64,000 bases of DNA, from NCBI GenBank assembly GCA_013265495.1, contig MU057959.1, positions 199,202 to 263,201 of the forward strand. The letters are read 5' to 3'. Both the position numbers and the translations under genes were made by a program. Of the stretch, positions 48,240 through 61,089 are shown in pieces. Position 1 is the first letter of the stretch. Every line of letters begins with the position of its first letter. The notes under the pieces are model-generated. The model saw nothing but the letters and a program-made list of their open reading frames with translations, was not told the DNA's origin and ran no database searches. The stretch comes from Vicugna vicugna. Lineage: Eukaryota.

Positions 48240-50225
48240 CGATTTCCCCTCTTCAAGACAAAATCTTGTTAGTCTTTGTCCATCACAGTTACATATAAAT
48301 TGTAGACTTAACCGATTGGATTCCCTAATAACCTGTCAGATTTGGGGCCTGGGGGATGGATCGGTTGCTGGAAAATTCAAACTTGTACAATATTGATTCT
48401 TCTATTCCACTAAATACGTTGGAAACCTCCATTCATTAACGTCTATTATTTTTCTCTTTTGAGTGCTTAATTTGCTTTTGTGATGACTTCCCCTTTCACC
48501 ATATTTTGTTTACATTTGTTGTAGGTAATTATTACTGTGGTGCTATTGTAAATGGTGTTATTTTAAAATTTTGTTTTCTCTTTTATTACTTTTAACTAAG
48601 AATTCAGTGATTTTGTGTGCGTGTTGTTTTTGAACCTAATACTGTTACGAAACTCACTTATTAATGACATTACTATCTCTCTGGCTGCTTTTGGCTTTTG
48701 TGTGTCCTACAGATACTGGCATGATTTTTTCCTCGTTCTAGTTTATGTCAGATATGTTTTTTTCGTTGCCTAATCACCCAGGAAATTACCTCAATACAAT
48801 GCTAAATAGAATGTGTTTTTGAAATACCTTCCTTGTTCCTTATTCAAAAGGAAAGTTTCCAGTGTTTTGCTATTAATTAAGAGGTTTGTTAGAGGTATCT
48901 TGAAACTATGTACTATTTATCGGTTTATAAAATATCTATTATATTCCTGGTTCACCTAAGTATCAAGGACTGATGCAATATTTTAAATTATGATTTTTCT
49001 GCCTCTATTCAACTAAAATGGGGAATTATTTTGAAGGGTAATAAATGATAAACTAAATTAGAATTCCACATTATGATATATATTTCCTAGAAAACGTTTT
49101 GCATAGAATTTTGCCAATCATGGTATTGGAAAATTGCAGCCTGTAATTTTCCTTTTTAATGCTGTGCTTTGATGTGTTTGGTATCAAACTTAAGCAGGAG
49201 AAGAAAAAGCTATTAGGAAATCTACTCTCTTACTGTTAACCTGTCAGTAACAAATGGGCTACTCTACCGGATATTTTATTATGTTTTGTTTAAAATATGC
49301 AGCAAATTGACATATTTCTGCAGCAAATATCTCTGTAAACCACCTATTTTTAACCACTAGCATTTTCACTTTGCTGTTTTCAATCACGTATCTGTCTGGA
49401 TGTCTGTCTGCCTACCTATGTATATCTGTGCATCCGTGTGTCCATCCGTCTTCTGTCAGATCTTTCATATCTAACTATAGCCATCTAAGCACTTGCTCAG
49501 CCATCCGTATAATACATAATGCATTTAGCACACAGATAATTCATAGCACAGAGTATTGAAAGTCCACCACATAGCATATGGCAGACAGCAGTGATGTATA
49601 TATTTATCCTGGGTTATGGCTGGATCACCTCGTCATTTTCTCTGTGAGGACCTTGGATGATCAGACATTTTTAAGTTTGATGCCGTCTAAATTGTCAACC
49701 GTTTTTGTACATGATGGTTGTTTAGAGTGACCTAGGACATGTGCTTTTCCCCAGTTCGTGGAGATAATCTCCCTTGCTCTGTCTTTTATATGCAGGTCCC
49801 TCAAATCAATTTGTAAAAACTTTAGTTTGCAGTGTTAGGCAGACTTTACGGTTTATTCATTCCATGGAGATCACTAGTTATTCCAGCATCACTTGCGGAA
49901 CAAACCCCGTCCTGCCTTCCGAGGACTACTTTCTCGCCTTAGACGAAATCCCAGTGGCTGTAGAAGTGTGACGCTACTTCTGAGTTCTGGATTCTGTGCT
50001 GTTGGTCTAGTTACTGTTTGGTCTTTATGCCGGTAGCACATTGTTTGATAACTGCTGATCCGTTGTAGTCCTGGAGGTCATTTGGTATAAGTTCTGCATT
50101 TGTTTTTTCTTCCAAGTCCCTTATGGATATTCTAAGTCCTTTGAATTTAAATATAAATTTTAAAATCAACTTGCCAGCTTCTATCCATAATCTGCAGGGA
50201 TTTTGACTGAATCTTTAGATTATTA
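48240..50225 (-). mobile_element. Ancient L1 ORF2 fragments, antisense and discontinuous
   Basis: tgctattgtaaatggtgtt, cctcaatacaatgctaaatag, ccttgttcct...aaggaaag, gtttggtatcaa, ataaattttaaaatcaacttgcca. Confidence 0.55.
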
Positions 50226-50339
50226 AGAGGAAACTCTCACACCGTCACTCTGCATACTTTAGTTGGCCAAGTCAAGTGACCATGTCCAATGTTAATGAGA
50301 TGAGAAAGCATGCACCTCACCAGCAGGTTTTGCTGGAGG

Positions 50340-50635
50340 TGGCGTGATGGTTAATTTCATGTCTCACCTGACGGCGTGTTTTGGGATGAGATTAACATTT
50401 AGACTGATGGACTCTAAGCAGATTGCGCTACATCATGTGGGTGGGCCTCATGTAATCAGTTAAAGGCCTGAATAGAACAGAAAGATAGATCTCCCTCAGC
50501 AAGATGGATTTTTCCAGTAAATGACCTTAGGAATTGATCTGCACCATCGGCCCTTGGGTGTTGAGCCTGCTGGATCATGCTACAGATTTTGCTATCCTCC
50601 ATCATTGCATGAGCCAATGTCTCATGATAAATCTT

Positions 50636-50674
<39 letters not shown>

Positions 50675-50716
50675 TCACATACTCTGTTGATCCTGTTTCT
50701 CTGGGGAGCTAATACA
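50340..50716 (+). mobile_element. MLT2-like solo LTR containing a (CA)n microsatellite
   Basis: gtgatggttaatttcatgt...gatgagattaacattt...aagcagattg...ggcctgaatagaac...gagccaat...tctgttgatcctgtttctctgg...ctaataca; (CA)~16 at 50639-50671. Confidence 0.85.
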
Positions 50717-51906
50717 GGTGGAAAAGTATGACTGTTTGCTTATCAATAATTTAAGTGGCCACACTTAATTACATGTATTGCTAGCCTATCAGTCACTTAG
50801 ATAGATGGGCACTATGGTAAACCATTAACAATCTTCCTTTTTAAAAACATCTGGAAAAAGTATATTTAAAATGTGATGGTCTAAATTCAACATTACGGTC
50901 TTCTCTATCTTTTTGTTTAACTCTCTTTCATTCACCTACATGAACTGCCCCAGTTTGATCACACATTTATGGTTTCTGAGCCATCTCCTATTGCTGCTCA
51001 CAGGACCCCTGTTATGCCTGAGTTCTGCTACTGCTTCATCAGGTAACAAATGTGGCCTCACCAAGGGTCTTGCACCACAGCTGTGACGTGTGTCCACCTC
51101 CTCTGTGTTATCAGGGTGTGGGTTAAGTGACCCTACAACTCATAGCCTTGTGAACTATGTCTTATCATCACTAGAAGAACCTTCTGGGTGTATGTGGCAT
51201 CCCAGAGGGAAAAATAAGTTTTTGCTTTAGTGCAGGCATTAATTATTAAATACAGCAACAGCAGGATGTATTTAAAATTCTTTCTACTGGCTTTGAAACA
51301 TTTCATCAATTATGGAATAAGCCATATTGAGCAGGTAAAGTGTCTAAAGGATCTTATTGCTTCAGTTGAATGATATTGATCAAGTGTCAAGATCTTAAGC
51401 ATTGAGCTGCTAGCGAGCCAGTAAGTTTAACATAATATTCAGTACAAGTCAGTGCTATTTTTCATGTAGAGATGAAAAATTAAACTCAAACTAGTGAAAG
51501 AAATACAAAAAAAAACGGTGGGGGAGGAAGAAAATTAGAAAGGTAGAAATTTCAAGAACTATGCTGGCTATCCACTAAAATGGGCAAGAATCTTTCAAAA
51601 TTGCAATTCTGCTTTCATTTGTATCATCTTCATGAATAGTCAGGTTCTTCCCTGTGGGGATGGAGAAAAATTGTTCAGGAGTTTGCAGGGAAGCAAATCT
51701 AGTGGATGTAGATTTTCTTTCTCTATTTTCTCAGCAAAATTACTAGGATTCACTCTTGGATGAATGTGGACCACCTTTACCTCTAAACATGTTAGTGATG
51801 GGATGGGAAGGGATGCTTCCTTGGGGTAGGTGGTGCCCCAAGATCTCAGAAGTGGGGTCAACTCTACTCAAAGGTCAGATACTAAGGGTGACAGGAGCAG
51901 GTATCA

Positions 51907-52478
51907 TATACCCCAATGTTCAGCACAGTATCATTTACAACAGCCAAGACATGGAAGCAGCCTAAGTGTCCATCCACAGATGATTACATTAGAAAGATGT
52001 GGTGTATATATGCATACACAATGGAATATTACTCGGCCATAAAAAAGAATGAAATACTGCCATTTCCAGCAAATAGCACCTAGAGAATGTTATGCTGAAT
52101 GAAGTAAGTCAGAGAAAGATATATACTCTGTGATATCACTTATACGTGGAAGCTAAAAAATAATACAAATGAATTTATATACAAAAGAGGAACAGAGTCA
52201 CAGTTACAGGAAACAAACGTGAGGTTACCAAAGGGGAAGGTGGCAGGAGGAATTAGGGGTATGGGATTCACAGATACAAACTACTGTTTGTATAGATAAA
52301 CCGATACCTAAAATAGATAAGCAAGAAGAATTAACCGTTCAGCACAAGTAATTATAGCCATTATCTTGAAATAACCTATAATAGAATATAATTTGCAAAA
52401 ATACTGAATCACTATGCGCTACACCTAAAACTAACACAGTATTGTAAATCAACTATACTTCAATTTAAAGAAAAAAAG
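51907..52478 (+). mobile_element. 5'-truncated L1 (ORF2 end plus 3' UTR)
   Basis: ccccaatgttcagcacag...gacatggaagcagcctaagtgtccatc...tattgtaaatcaactatacttcaattt plus A tail; degenerate TSD GGAGC..GTATCA. Confidence 0.9.
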
Positions 52479-53563
52479 ATGGAGCCTGTATCAAAAGGGA
52501 ACTCAAGGAATTGCTCTTTGGTTATAGTTGTTCTGCATACAGATATATCCTTAAACACGATCTTCTACCATTTGCTATGGGTTTGGATTTTGTACAAATT
52601 CATCTCAACTGTGTAGAAACTTATACTAACTGCGTTCCTTACTCAACATCAGGCTTATAAATGCAGTTTCACTTTAATTGCAATTAAGTGATCTTCACCA
52701 ACGTGTACATTCCAAAATATGACTAGGACAAGGTTTTTCTGTTCTCTTGTGTTTAAGCACCCTCCTTGTTTTACTTTCCTAAAAAAAAATTTTTTTTAAT
52801 GAGTGCTGGTTTGAGGATTCTTTTCCAGACCTCCCACTAAATTTTATCTAGAGATGTCCTGGTGCTAGGTGTTATAGATACAAGTGAAAGAGCTCAGTCC
52901 TGGTAAACACACTTTTACGTCTGATCAGTATATCCACTGCGTGCTTGACCCCACTGTCGCATGTCCTCGCAAACACCTATTGCCAGGGGATGGTTTCCTT
53001 CCAAACTATTGGTGGAAGCACGTGTCTTACTGTAGTTCTTACTTTCAGTTCCTCCTTCCTACTGAAGACAGTAAGTTTTGTTGTTTTTTTTTTTTTTTAT
53101 CCAGTTTGGTCCATTATTTTTACCTATGAAATGTCTATTCATGCCTTAGCATTGATTTTCTTTCTTTTTTTTTTAAAGTACTTGATTCCTTTATGCCTTA
53201 TGCATATAGCCATGTTTTCATTTATAAATACTACAGAATTCTACTTGCACTTTGGGATATTTTGAGGTTTTTTTAAGCATCATCACTGGATAAAAACGAT
53301 TGAATTTCTGTTGTATTTGAAAACATCAGTCTCCCCTTTTACAGTGAACATCTGTGACTTAAATAGCTTCTTCTATGGTAAAATCATCACAATCATCTTC
53401 TATATTATTTCCTGGTAAATCTTAATATCCACAATGACACGTGATTGCAAATGAATGCCTCCTTCTTGTGGAGCAGGTGACGTTTGAGGTACCTCCATCA
53501 TTTACTGCATCGTAGAACTGGAGTTAGTATTCCAACTTCTAAGACTCTGCCCTTTTTGCCTTG

Positions 53564-53992
53564 AGTCTGAAACTTAAGGCACCAACATTTTGCAAGAGCA
53601 AATTACAGAAAGCAAATAACTCTGAAAAAAATAGTGATTTTTGCCAAAATGGAAGATTGAAAGCATTTGCACTGCTTGGCAGTGCTTTTATTTGAGTCAA
53701 AACCATTTCTCTTGGCCTGTCAATACTGAAACTTTCTCTAAAAAACTTTGTTAAAGTTTACCAGGAAAAATATTCATCTAGTTTAAAATCCTTTAAGTTT
53801 GAGTGGAAAATGTAGCTTAAAATGCAGCATATAAAGAATGAAACTGTATGTCTGCAAACTATTGTTTATATACCTATATAGTTGTATTAAATGTTTTTAA
53901 GTCTGAAATTTAAGGCAACAAGGTTTTGCAAGAACAAATTATAGAAAGCACATACCTGAGAAAATAATGGTTTTTGCCAAAATAGGAGACTG
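53564..53992. repeat. ~95-bp direct repeat (53564-53659 and 53900-53992), starts 336 bp apart
   Basis: agtctgaaa.ttaaggca..aa..ttttgcaaga.caaatta.agaaagca.ata...ctga.aaaata.tg.tttttgccaaaat.g.aga.tg. Confidence 0.9.
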
Positions 53993-54049
53993 TATTATAA
54001 CTATAATATGTACTTTTTTTGTTCACATGCACACGTCTTTCTTCCTTTT

Positions 54050-54199
54050 TGTCTGTCTGTCTGTCTATCTAGCTATCCATCCAATCTGTCTTTCCACCCA
54101 CACAACCATCTATCCATCCATCTATCCATCCATCCATCCACACACCTATCTCTCCATCTGTCTGTCTGTCTGTCTGTCTATCTACCTACCTATTTATCC
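54050..54199. repeat. Compound (TCTG)/(TCTA)/(TCCA) tetranucleotide microsatellite
   Basis: Directly visible. Confidence 0.9.
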
Positions 54200-55084
54200 A
54201 TGGAGAGCATGGAAGAGTATAAATGATGATATCAGTTAATTTCTCTAAGTGGTGAAATAATTTTTTCTTTCCTCCGAATTTTCTGCATTTTCCATAATCT
54301 TAAAATGAGTTCCTCTAACTTCGGATTAAAACGAACTTAATTTTGAATAGAAGTGTTTACTCATACGTGAACAGTATGATATCAGATGTTACTGAAGATC
54401 TCTGTAAAAACGGATCTGTGAAGAGGTTTGCCCTCTTTTTCTAAGAGAGCCGTCTGGAGAGAACTGTCTCCCTCCTGTGTTCAGACAAAGAGCCACGCAT
54501 CCTCTGATAACGGGAAGGGAGTTTCCAGCCTGGATGCAGGAAGGACCTTAAGCCCCATGGGGACCTCCCCAGGTCTCTTCTGTACTAAAGTGTGCTTCTG
54601 CAAAAAGAGATCCTGAAGTTAAATACTGTATAGGGAGCCAGAGAAACTTTATACCAAGAAAGTGAGAGAGAAAGTCTAGCTGTTTCCACGAAGCAAAATG
54701 GTCCCAGAAAAAAAAAAAAAAAAGAATGCATGGGTGAATGAAACAGCAGTCTCCAAGACAAAGTCTCAACTGGCAAGAGTGGCTGGTTTTCTTAACAAGG
54801 CACAGAATAAATGATTTCCCCTCTTTAAAGTTACACCTGATTCGAAAACACTCCCAGCTTTCCAGAGTTTCTATTATGATTTCCAGATAGTTCAGCAGTA
54901 AATTTTAAGCCTCACAGGTAGTATTAACAATGATATTTCAGGCTACAAAGATAATATGTCATTACCATTTTCCTCAAAAGTTTTAAAAAGTTTTACTGAT
55001 TAGTGTGTTCACCATCCCACCTCCTCCCCAAACACACACACCATCACCATCGCCGCCACCACCAACAAATATTAAAAGCATGCT

Positions 55085-55326
55085 TGCAGTGTGTTAACTA
55101 TAGTTAACGATACTGTATCATATACTTGAAAGTTGCCAAAAGAGTAAATCTTAAAAGTTCTCACCAGGAAAAAAGGAACTCTGTGAGGTGGTGGATGTAG
55201 TAACTAACCTTAGTGTGGTACTCATTTTGTAACATATACATGTATCGACTCATCACACTGTGTACCTTAAACTTACACAGTGTTCAGTGTTGTATGTCAA
55301 GTGTATCTCAGTAAAGCTGGGAAAAA
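55085..55326 (+). mobile_element. L1MA9/L1MB-like 3' terminus
   Basis: actatagttaacgatactgtatcatatacttgaaagttgc...gtaccttaaacttacacag...tatctcagtaaagctgggaaaaa. Confidence 0.85.
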
Positions 55327-56103
55327 GGCAGGGCGCGGGGGAGCCTATTGTATCCACAGCATTGGCCAGGTTTTCCCCAAGACATCATCCATTCTCAAAC
55401 TGTAAGATCCCGTTTTGCATTAAAACAGAGTAGACTGTGACACAGTGTAAAATGAAATAGCACTTTCTTGCCTTGTAAACATCGGAAGGTGGAGCAGAGG
55501 GCGTGCCTGCAGGCAACGTCTCCCAGAGTGCGTCCGCCCGGCGTGGTTAACAAACACGCCGGGTTTCTCGGAGGCGTCTGCGTGCGGGAAACAGCGACGT
55601 CGTTGTCTGCGCAGAATTAAAAGGCGCATTAGCAACTTTATCGGTATGGGATTGGGCAGATCCATTTGAGGTGATGGATCGCTTGCCATCATATGGTCAT
55701 ATCCCCTTCAGCAGAACAAGTAAAGATTACACAGAAGTGTGTCCATCCTGTGCAAAGCTCCTCTTCCAACAAAGAAAAGAATGGTACACCCTCTACCCAG
55801 GTCCTTCCTCTGGGTGATGAAGTTTATTCTGCAATCTGTCTAGTCTTATCAAGAATATTCTTATCAGAGTATTTGTCTTTTCTGTGTCCAGAGTCTCATC
55901 ATTGGAACACGATTTCCTAAGACAGTTTTAAGAAATATAGAAATCAGGTACTTTGTAGCTTTCTCTTTTTAGAATTTCGCTTTTAAGTCCACTTACAATT
56001 TGTCCTCTGTGCATTTTCTTTAAGCTTTTTAGACGATCTGTTTTTCTTCTCTTCTAAAAATTCCCTGTTAAATGTTTTCTCACAAAACTGGTCAACTTGG
56101 TAA

Positions 56104-56314
56104 GCCCTGGGTCTCAAGCACCGTCTTACTGACATGTCGGACCAGATGACTCTGTCGTGGGGGTCATCCTGCACATTGGACGAATAGATCGGCTATTCCT
56201 AGATTACACCCACACCCAAGACAGCACTCCCATCAAGTTGCGATGACTCAGAATCTCCCTCTACTTTGACAAACATGACCTAGGGGCAAAATCATGTCCA
56301 ATTGGGTTCCACTG
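56104..56314. mobile_element. MER20-like hAT MITE
   Basis: ggtctcaa...actgacat.t.ggaccagat.actct.t.gtggggg...cctgcacattg...taggggcaaaatc...ccactg. Confidence 0.7.
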
Positions 56315-56423
56315 GTCTGGACTCCACCACCAAAGAGTTGGAAGTAGATGTAATCACTTCCTGCTAATTCTCCCTCCAATTCTGTCCCTCCAGCTCCATG
56401 GCCACCACCATCACGTGTACAGT

Positions 56424-56655
56424 ACAGATCAGCAAACTGCAGCTTGTGACCCAAATCCGGCCAGCTGCATGTAAAAATAGTTCCCTTGGCATACAGCCGT
56501 GACCATCCCTATGTGTGCAGTCTATGTGTCTCTGGTGGAGTTCACACTATAGCTCTAGGCTTGAGAATTGTTGATAGAGACCATATGGCCTGCAAAACCT
56601 AAAATGTCTTCTTTTTATTTGGATTTTTGGGGAAAAAATGTTGCAGACTTATGGT
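56424..56655. mobile_element. MER58A-like hAT MITE
   Basis: tcagcaaact...ccaaatccggcc...cagcc...gagaccatatggcctgcaaaacctaaaat. Confidence 0.75.
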
Positions 56656-56731
56656 CTACATCATCTCCAGTGATCTCCAACTTTCTCTCTTCATGCGCTT
56701 CATCTGTTTGGTGTTTTTAGAGTTCTCCTGA

Positions 56732-57381
56732 TTTTTCTTTTCTTTTTAAATTGAGATATAACTGACACGTAACATTATCTTAGTTTATATGCAACATAAC
56801 GATTTGATATTTGTGTATATTGTGAAATGATCACCACCACAAGTGTCCTTAACATCCGTCACCAAAGCTAGTGACAAAATTGTTTCATATGATGAGAACT
56901 TGTGAGATCTACTCTCTTAGCAACTTTGAAATATGCAATACAGTATTACTAACTGTAGTCACCATGCTGTACATGGCACCCCAGGACTTATTTATTTTGT
57001 AACTGGAAGTTTGTACCTTTTGTCTCTCTTCACCCATCTTGCCCACTGCCACTCCTTATCTCAGGTTGAATGGATAAAGAAATGTGATGTGTATGTAAGA
57101 GATAGATAGATAGACAGACAAATGGATAGGTGGATAGATGGATGTATAGATAGATAGAGAGATAGACAGACAGATGCAGTGAAATATTACTCAGCCATAA
57201 AAAGGGAAATCTTACCATTTGAGATAACATGGTTGGATCTTGAGGGTGTTATGCTAAGTGCAGTAAGTCAGACAGAGGAAGAAATACACCATATGATCTA
57301 ACTTACATGTGGAATCTAAAACAAATAAACCAAACCAGAAAATTCAAAGTCCTAGACACAGAGGACAGATTGGTGGCTGTC
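56732..57381. mobile_element. L1MA9-like element with 5' inversion: 56732-57062 minus, 57063-57381 plus; internal (GATA)n at ~57099-57175
   Basis: Plus arm ends at ...gattggtggctgtc; minus arm read on the minus strand resumes at gaga..ggagtggcagtgggcaagatgggtgaa, the next L1 3' UTR segment. Confidence 0.8.
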
Positions 57382-58813
57382 TAATCTGTGTTTCATGGAA
57401 CAGCTTGAGCAATGTATTTCTTTTTAAAATGTCAACATGATTATTTCTCTCTGCTGTCTAGAGGACTGTGTATCTCTTTGCAGTGAACTCAGGACTAATC
57501 CAGTCTCCCTAACTTCTATCTCCCTTGTCCAGCTACTCAGGTCTGTGTGTCCTCCAAATCCATACCCACTGGGGCCTTTCCAAATGTTGTCTTCTCTTCC
57601 TCCAGTGTGGGCTGTCTCCTCCTTTTGTGTGAATCCCTCCTCTTCATTCTTCAAGTCTTAAACTAGACATCATTTCTCTAAGTTATTTTTTTTCCAGTGA
57701 CAACCACTACCCATTTCAAGTGTACACTCTCCCCCCCCACCTTGGCCATTCTCCACGATGCTGCATCCACAGGGATGCTGCAGACAAACACATCCACATA
57801 AGCTCATGTCAATAGGATGGACTAGGACAGGGTGAAAGCTTGACCGTAGACACCGAGCCCACACTGCAGGACTTCTCCCATCTGGAGGCAGCTGCGTCTG
57901 CCCGCAGGTTGCCTCTGTCACACCAGGAAGTGGTCAGTTCCATCACCAGGCTCATCCCCTGGCAGCTTCTGTCGCCATCACTACCATGGCGGTAGCTTCT
58001 GCTGCACCATTGGGGTGTATTTCCAATGAGAAGTCACAATCTTGGTCCTCACCCACAGAGTGACAAAAACTTGAAATGGTTCTGTGGATTTCCACCACAG
58101 GAAGGAGTAATTCACAACTCAGGGAAAGACTCCCTAAACAAGGAACCAATTAATAAATAAGGAGTGACCAATGTCAGGTGGCAGGAGGATTCTCCCACGG
58201 TAACAGAAGCGACTGAGAAATGGGGGGGTCGTTTTCTACAAGGAAGTCTTCCATCTGAGGCTTTCTACGTGGACAACAGGGGTGACTCTTAACCTTATAT
58301 TCCTAGGATTTATACTCATATTTTCCTATTTTGCAAATAATAGTGCTTACTATATACTTGCTCTCTTTCCTCAACTGAAGAATAAATGCTGGGATTATTG
58401 AAACACATCCTACATGTTTACACATTACGTAGCATAAGGATTTGCTGTCAGATGAGGAACTGAATGGTATCTCTTTGTTGAGGGCAGTGATTTGTGCCTG
58501 CTGTGTTAAGTAGCAACCAGTGCCCTGCTGCCATGGTAGATTCAGAGTGTTATCAAAATATAATCAACAAAATGTAGAAGAGCACTTCAAAGTCCTCTAG
58601 ACTCTTTCAGAAAGTCAGGGGCGCGTCAGGGATGAGGTGAGTTAACGTGGCGTTTTCGCACAGCAACTCAACATGAGAAAAATGGGACGCAGACTCAAAG
58701 GACACCATTAAACTTCGGGTGTTACTGTGATTATTTTCATTTAAAGTCATCAGAGAAAGGGTGAAACAGAAGTTTAGCGAGAAAGTGAGGATGGAAGAGA
58801 TATTTGATGCTGG

Positions 58814-58900
58814 ATTTTATAAAGTTGTTATGAAGATCGGAAGACATCCACTTCAGAATTTTATAAAGTTGTTATGAAGTTTGAAAGACATCGACTTCAG
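58814..58900. repeat. 44-bp tandem duplication
   Basis: attttataaagttgttatgaagatcggaagacatccacttcaga / attttataaagttgttatgaagtttgaaagacatcgacttcag. Confidence 0.95.
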
Positions 58901-59084
58901 GCTCTTCCTGATCTCAGACAATTTTGAGGCAAATCGGCATTTTTTCCCCCCAGGGTCACAAAAGATTGTTTCAAGCAGACCGGTCATAAGTGCATCACCT
59001 CAGAGGCATCTGAATTATATATCAGACCCCGTTACTTTTCTTCTTCAAATACATCTATAGCTCTTTGCTGTCCCCTCAGAGATG

Positions 59085-59600
59085 CCCAGCGCCTTCACAC
59101 AAGCAAGGCCCTTCATGATTTAACCCCCTATGTATCTCTCCTAATAGCCTCCTTCTGGTCACTGAGCCCAGCCCTCCACACGCCATCACCCTCCCATTTC
59201 CGACAAGGGTTCCTACAGCTGTTCTTTACTGTGTAGACCTGTGCTCGGAGGCTTTGCTGAGGCTGATCTCACTCCGTATTCATGCAAACCCTTTTCACAC
59301 TCTTCACCTATAAGCAGCTCATAAATAAGTCAACACACAACTCATCTGTTACTCTTCTGAGCATATAATCCTCCCAGACTGGATAGGATTTCAGATCGCC
59401 TCAGGGTGCCGTGGGATCACTCTGCATGGCGTTCTTATCCACTGTATATTGAGTATCTTGTAACATACCTGTCTCCCATCCAGGATGAGGAACCAGGTCC
59501 ATATTTAATGAACTTTGAAGCATCCAGGGCCCATCTCAGTGGCTACTCAGAAGAAAAATAATTACTTCTGGGATGTTTAAATCAAGGAATGCATGCATAC
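59085..59600 (+). mobile_element. L2 3' region remnant, highly diverged
   Basis: caaggcccttcatgattt, ctgtctccca, ccagggcccatctcagtg and a gaatgcatg tail follow the order expected for an L2 3' end. Confidence 0.5.
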
Positions 59601-60217
59601 ATACTGCCTTGCCTTTTTTCCTGGGCTATCTTTTTTTCCCTTGTTTTAGAATTTATTTTACTCTAGAATTCAAATGCCTTTGATGCAGAACAGCTAATGC
59701 TCAGTGAATTCTGAGAAGTGAGTGATAGATGTCATTGTATTTATAAATTGTTTTCCCCAATAATCTGTGAGGCTCCACATGACCTATTAGAAGGCTAAGT
59801 TCACAGTAAGGGGCTATTCAATACTCACTGAATTCAGAAAAATGCATAACTTGCATATCTGTCTGGTAATGGTTGGTTTGTCAGCATCTGATGGAACAGC
59901 CAGTCACGAAGCAAGCTTGTTGTCAGTGAGAATTACACGCGTCTAACTGATGCAATTCAAATGGATTATTTGGTCTACGTGTCTTCATACTGATCTACAC
60001 CATTCCTTCACCTCCACCACCAACAAAGTACCCCTCCATCTGTCCATCTACATGTAATCTGATCTGACATCTGTTTGAAAGCAGATACAGTGTTGGAGAT
60101 AGGCATGAGGACATAAAAAGACAAACATGGTTGCCACCCTGCTGGAGAAGATTCCCTAAGTGCTGAACATCCAATCAATAAGCAATATATCTAGAGACTT
60201 CTTATGAGACTGTACTG

Positions 60218-60695
60218 TGAAGGTGGTGGTGGTGGTGATGATGGTGATGCTGCTGATGATAATGGTGCTGGAGATGATGGTAGTGATGATGGTGGTGATG
60301 GTGGTGGTGTTGATGGTGATGTTGGTGGTGGTGGTGGTGCTGATGGTAGTCGTGATAATGATGATGGAGATAGTGATGATGATTATGGTGATGGTGATGA
60401 TGATGATGGTGGAGATGGTGATAATGATGATAATGATGATGGAGATGGTGATGAAGATGGTGATGATGATGATGGTGGAGATGGTGATGATGATGATGAT
60501 GGAGATGGTGATGAAGATGGTGATGATGATGATGGAGATGGTGACGATGGTGATGACAAAGATGGAGATGAAGATGGCCATGATGATGATGGAGATGGTG
60601 ACGATGGTGATGACGAAGATGGAGATGAAGATGGCGATGATATGGTGATGACGACGATGATGGTATGATGGTGATAGCGATGATGACAAAGATGG
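60218..60695. repeat. (GAT/GGT)n trinucleotide low-complexity array with 57-60 bp higher-order units
   Basis: Directly visible; a 57-bp unit starts at both 60531 and 60588. Confidence 0.95.
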
Positions 60696-61089
60696 AAATA
60701 CACAGTTTTAATGGCCATTTACTTTTTACCTAGTCAGAAATCACTGCCTGGTTCAGTTTAGCTTGTAGATAGTAGAGAGCCTGAACAGCCAGATTTCATC
60801 CCAAGTGAAATGTAATTATTCCATGTCTGACAGTACAGCCCAATTTTGCTTTATTTGACATTCTGAGAGATGAAAAACCAATTTAGCAGAAACACCTTTT
60901 TGCAGTTGGTAACACACCAGCCAGCTGTCCTGGCCTTCACTCAAGTGCACAAGAACACTCCTGAGAATTGGTTTATCAACACATATTAATTGAGCCAAGA
61001 TAGTTGCTCAATCCATAAAATTGTCTTAAAACTGTAAAAAAAAATTCCCTGATTTACTTATAAGCTGATTATTCCTGGGAGATGTTGCT

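Noticed and set aside
60156..60718. Acidic Asp/Gly-rich and other low-complexity ORFs resembling DSPP-like or membrane proteins
   Set aside because: Overlapping ORFs on both strands are an automatic product of a (GAT/GGT)n repeat
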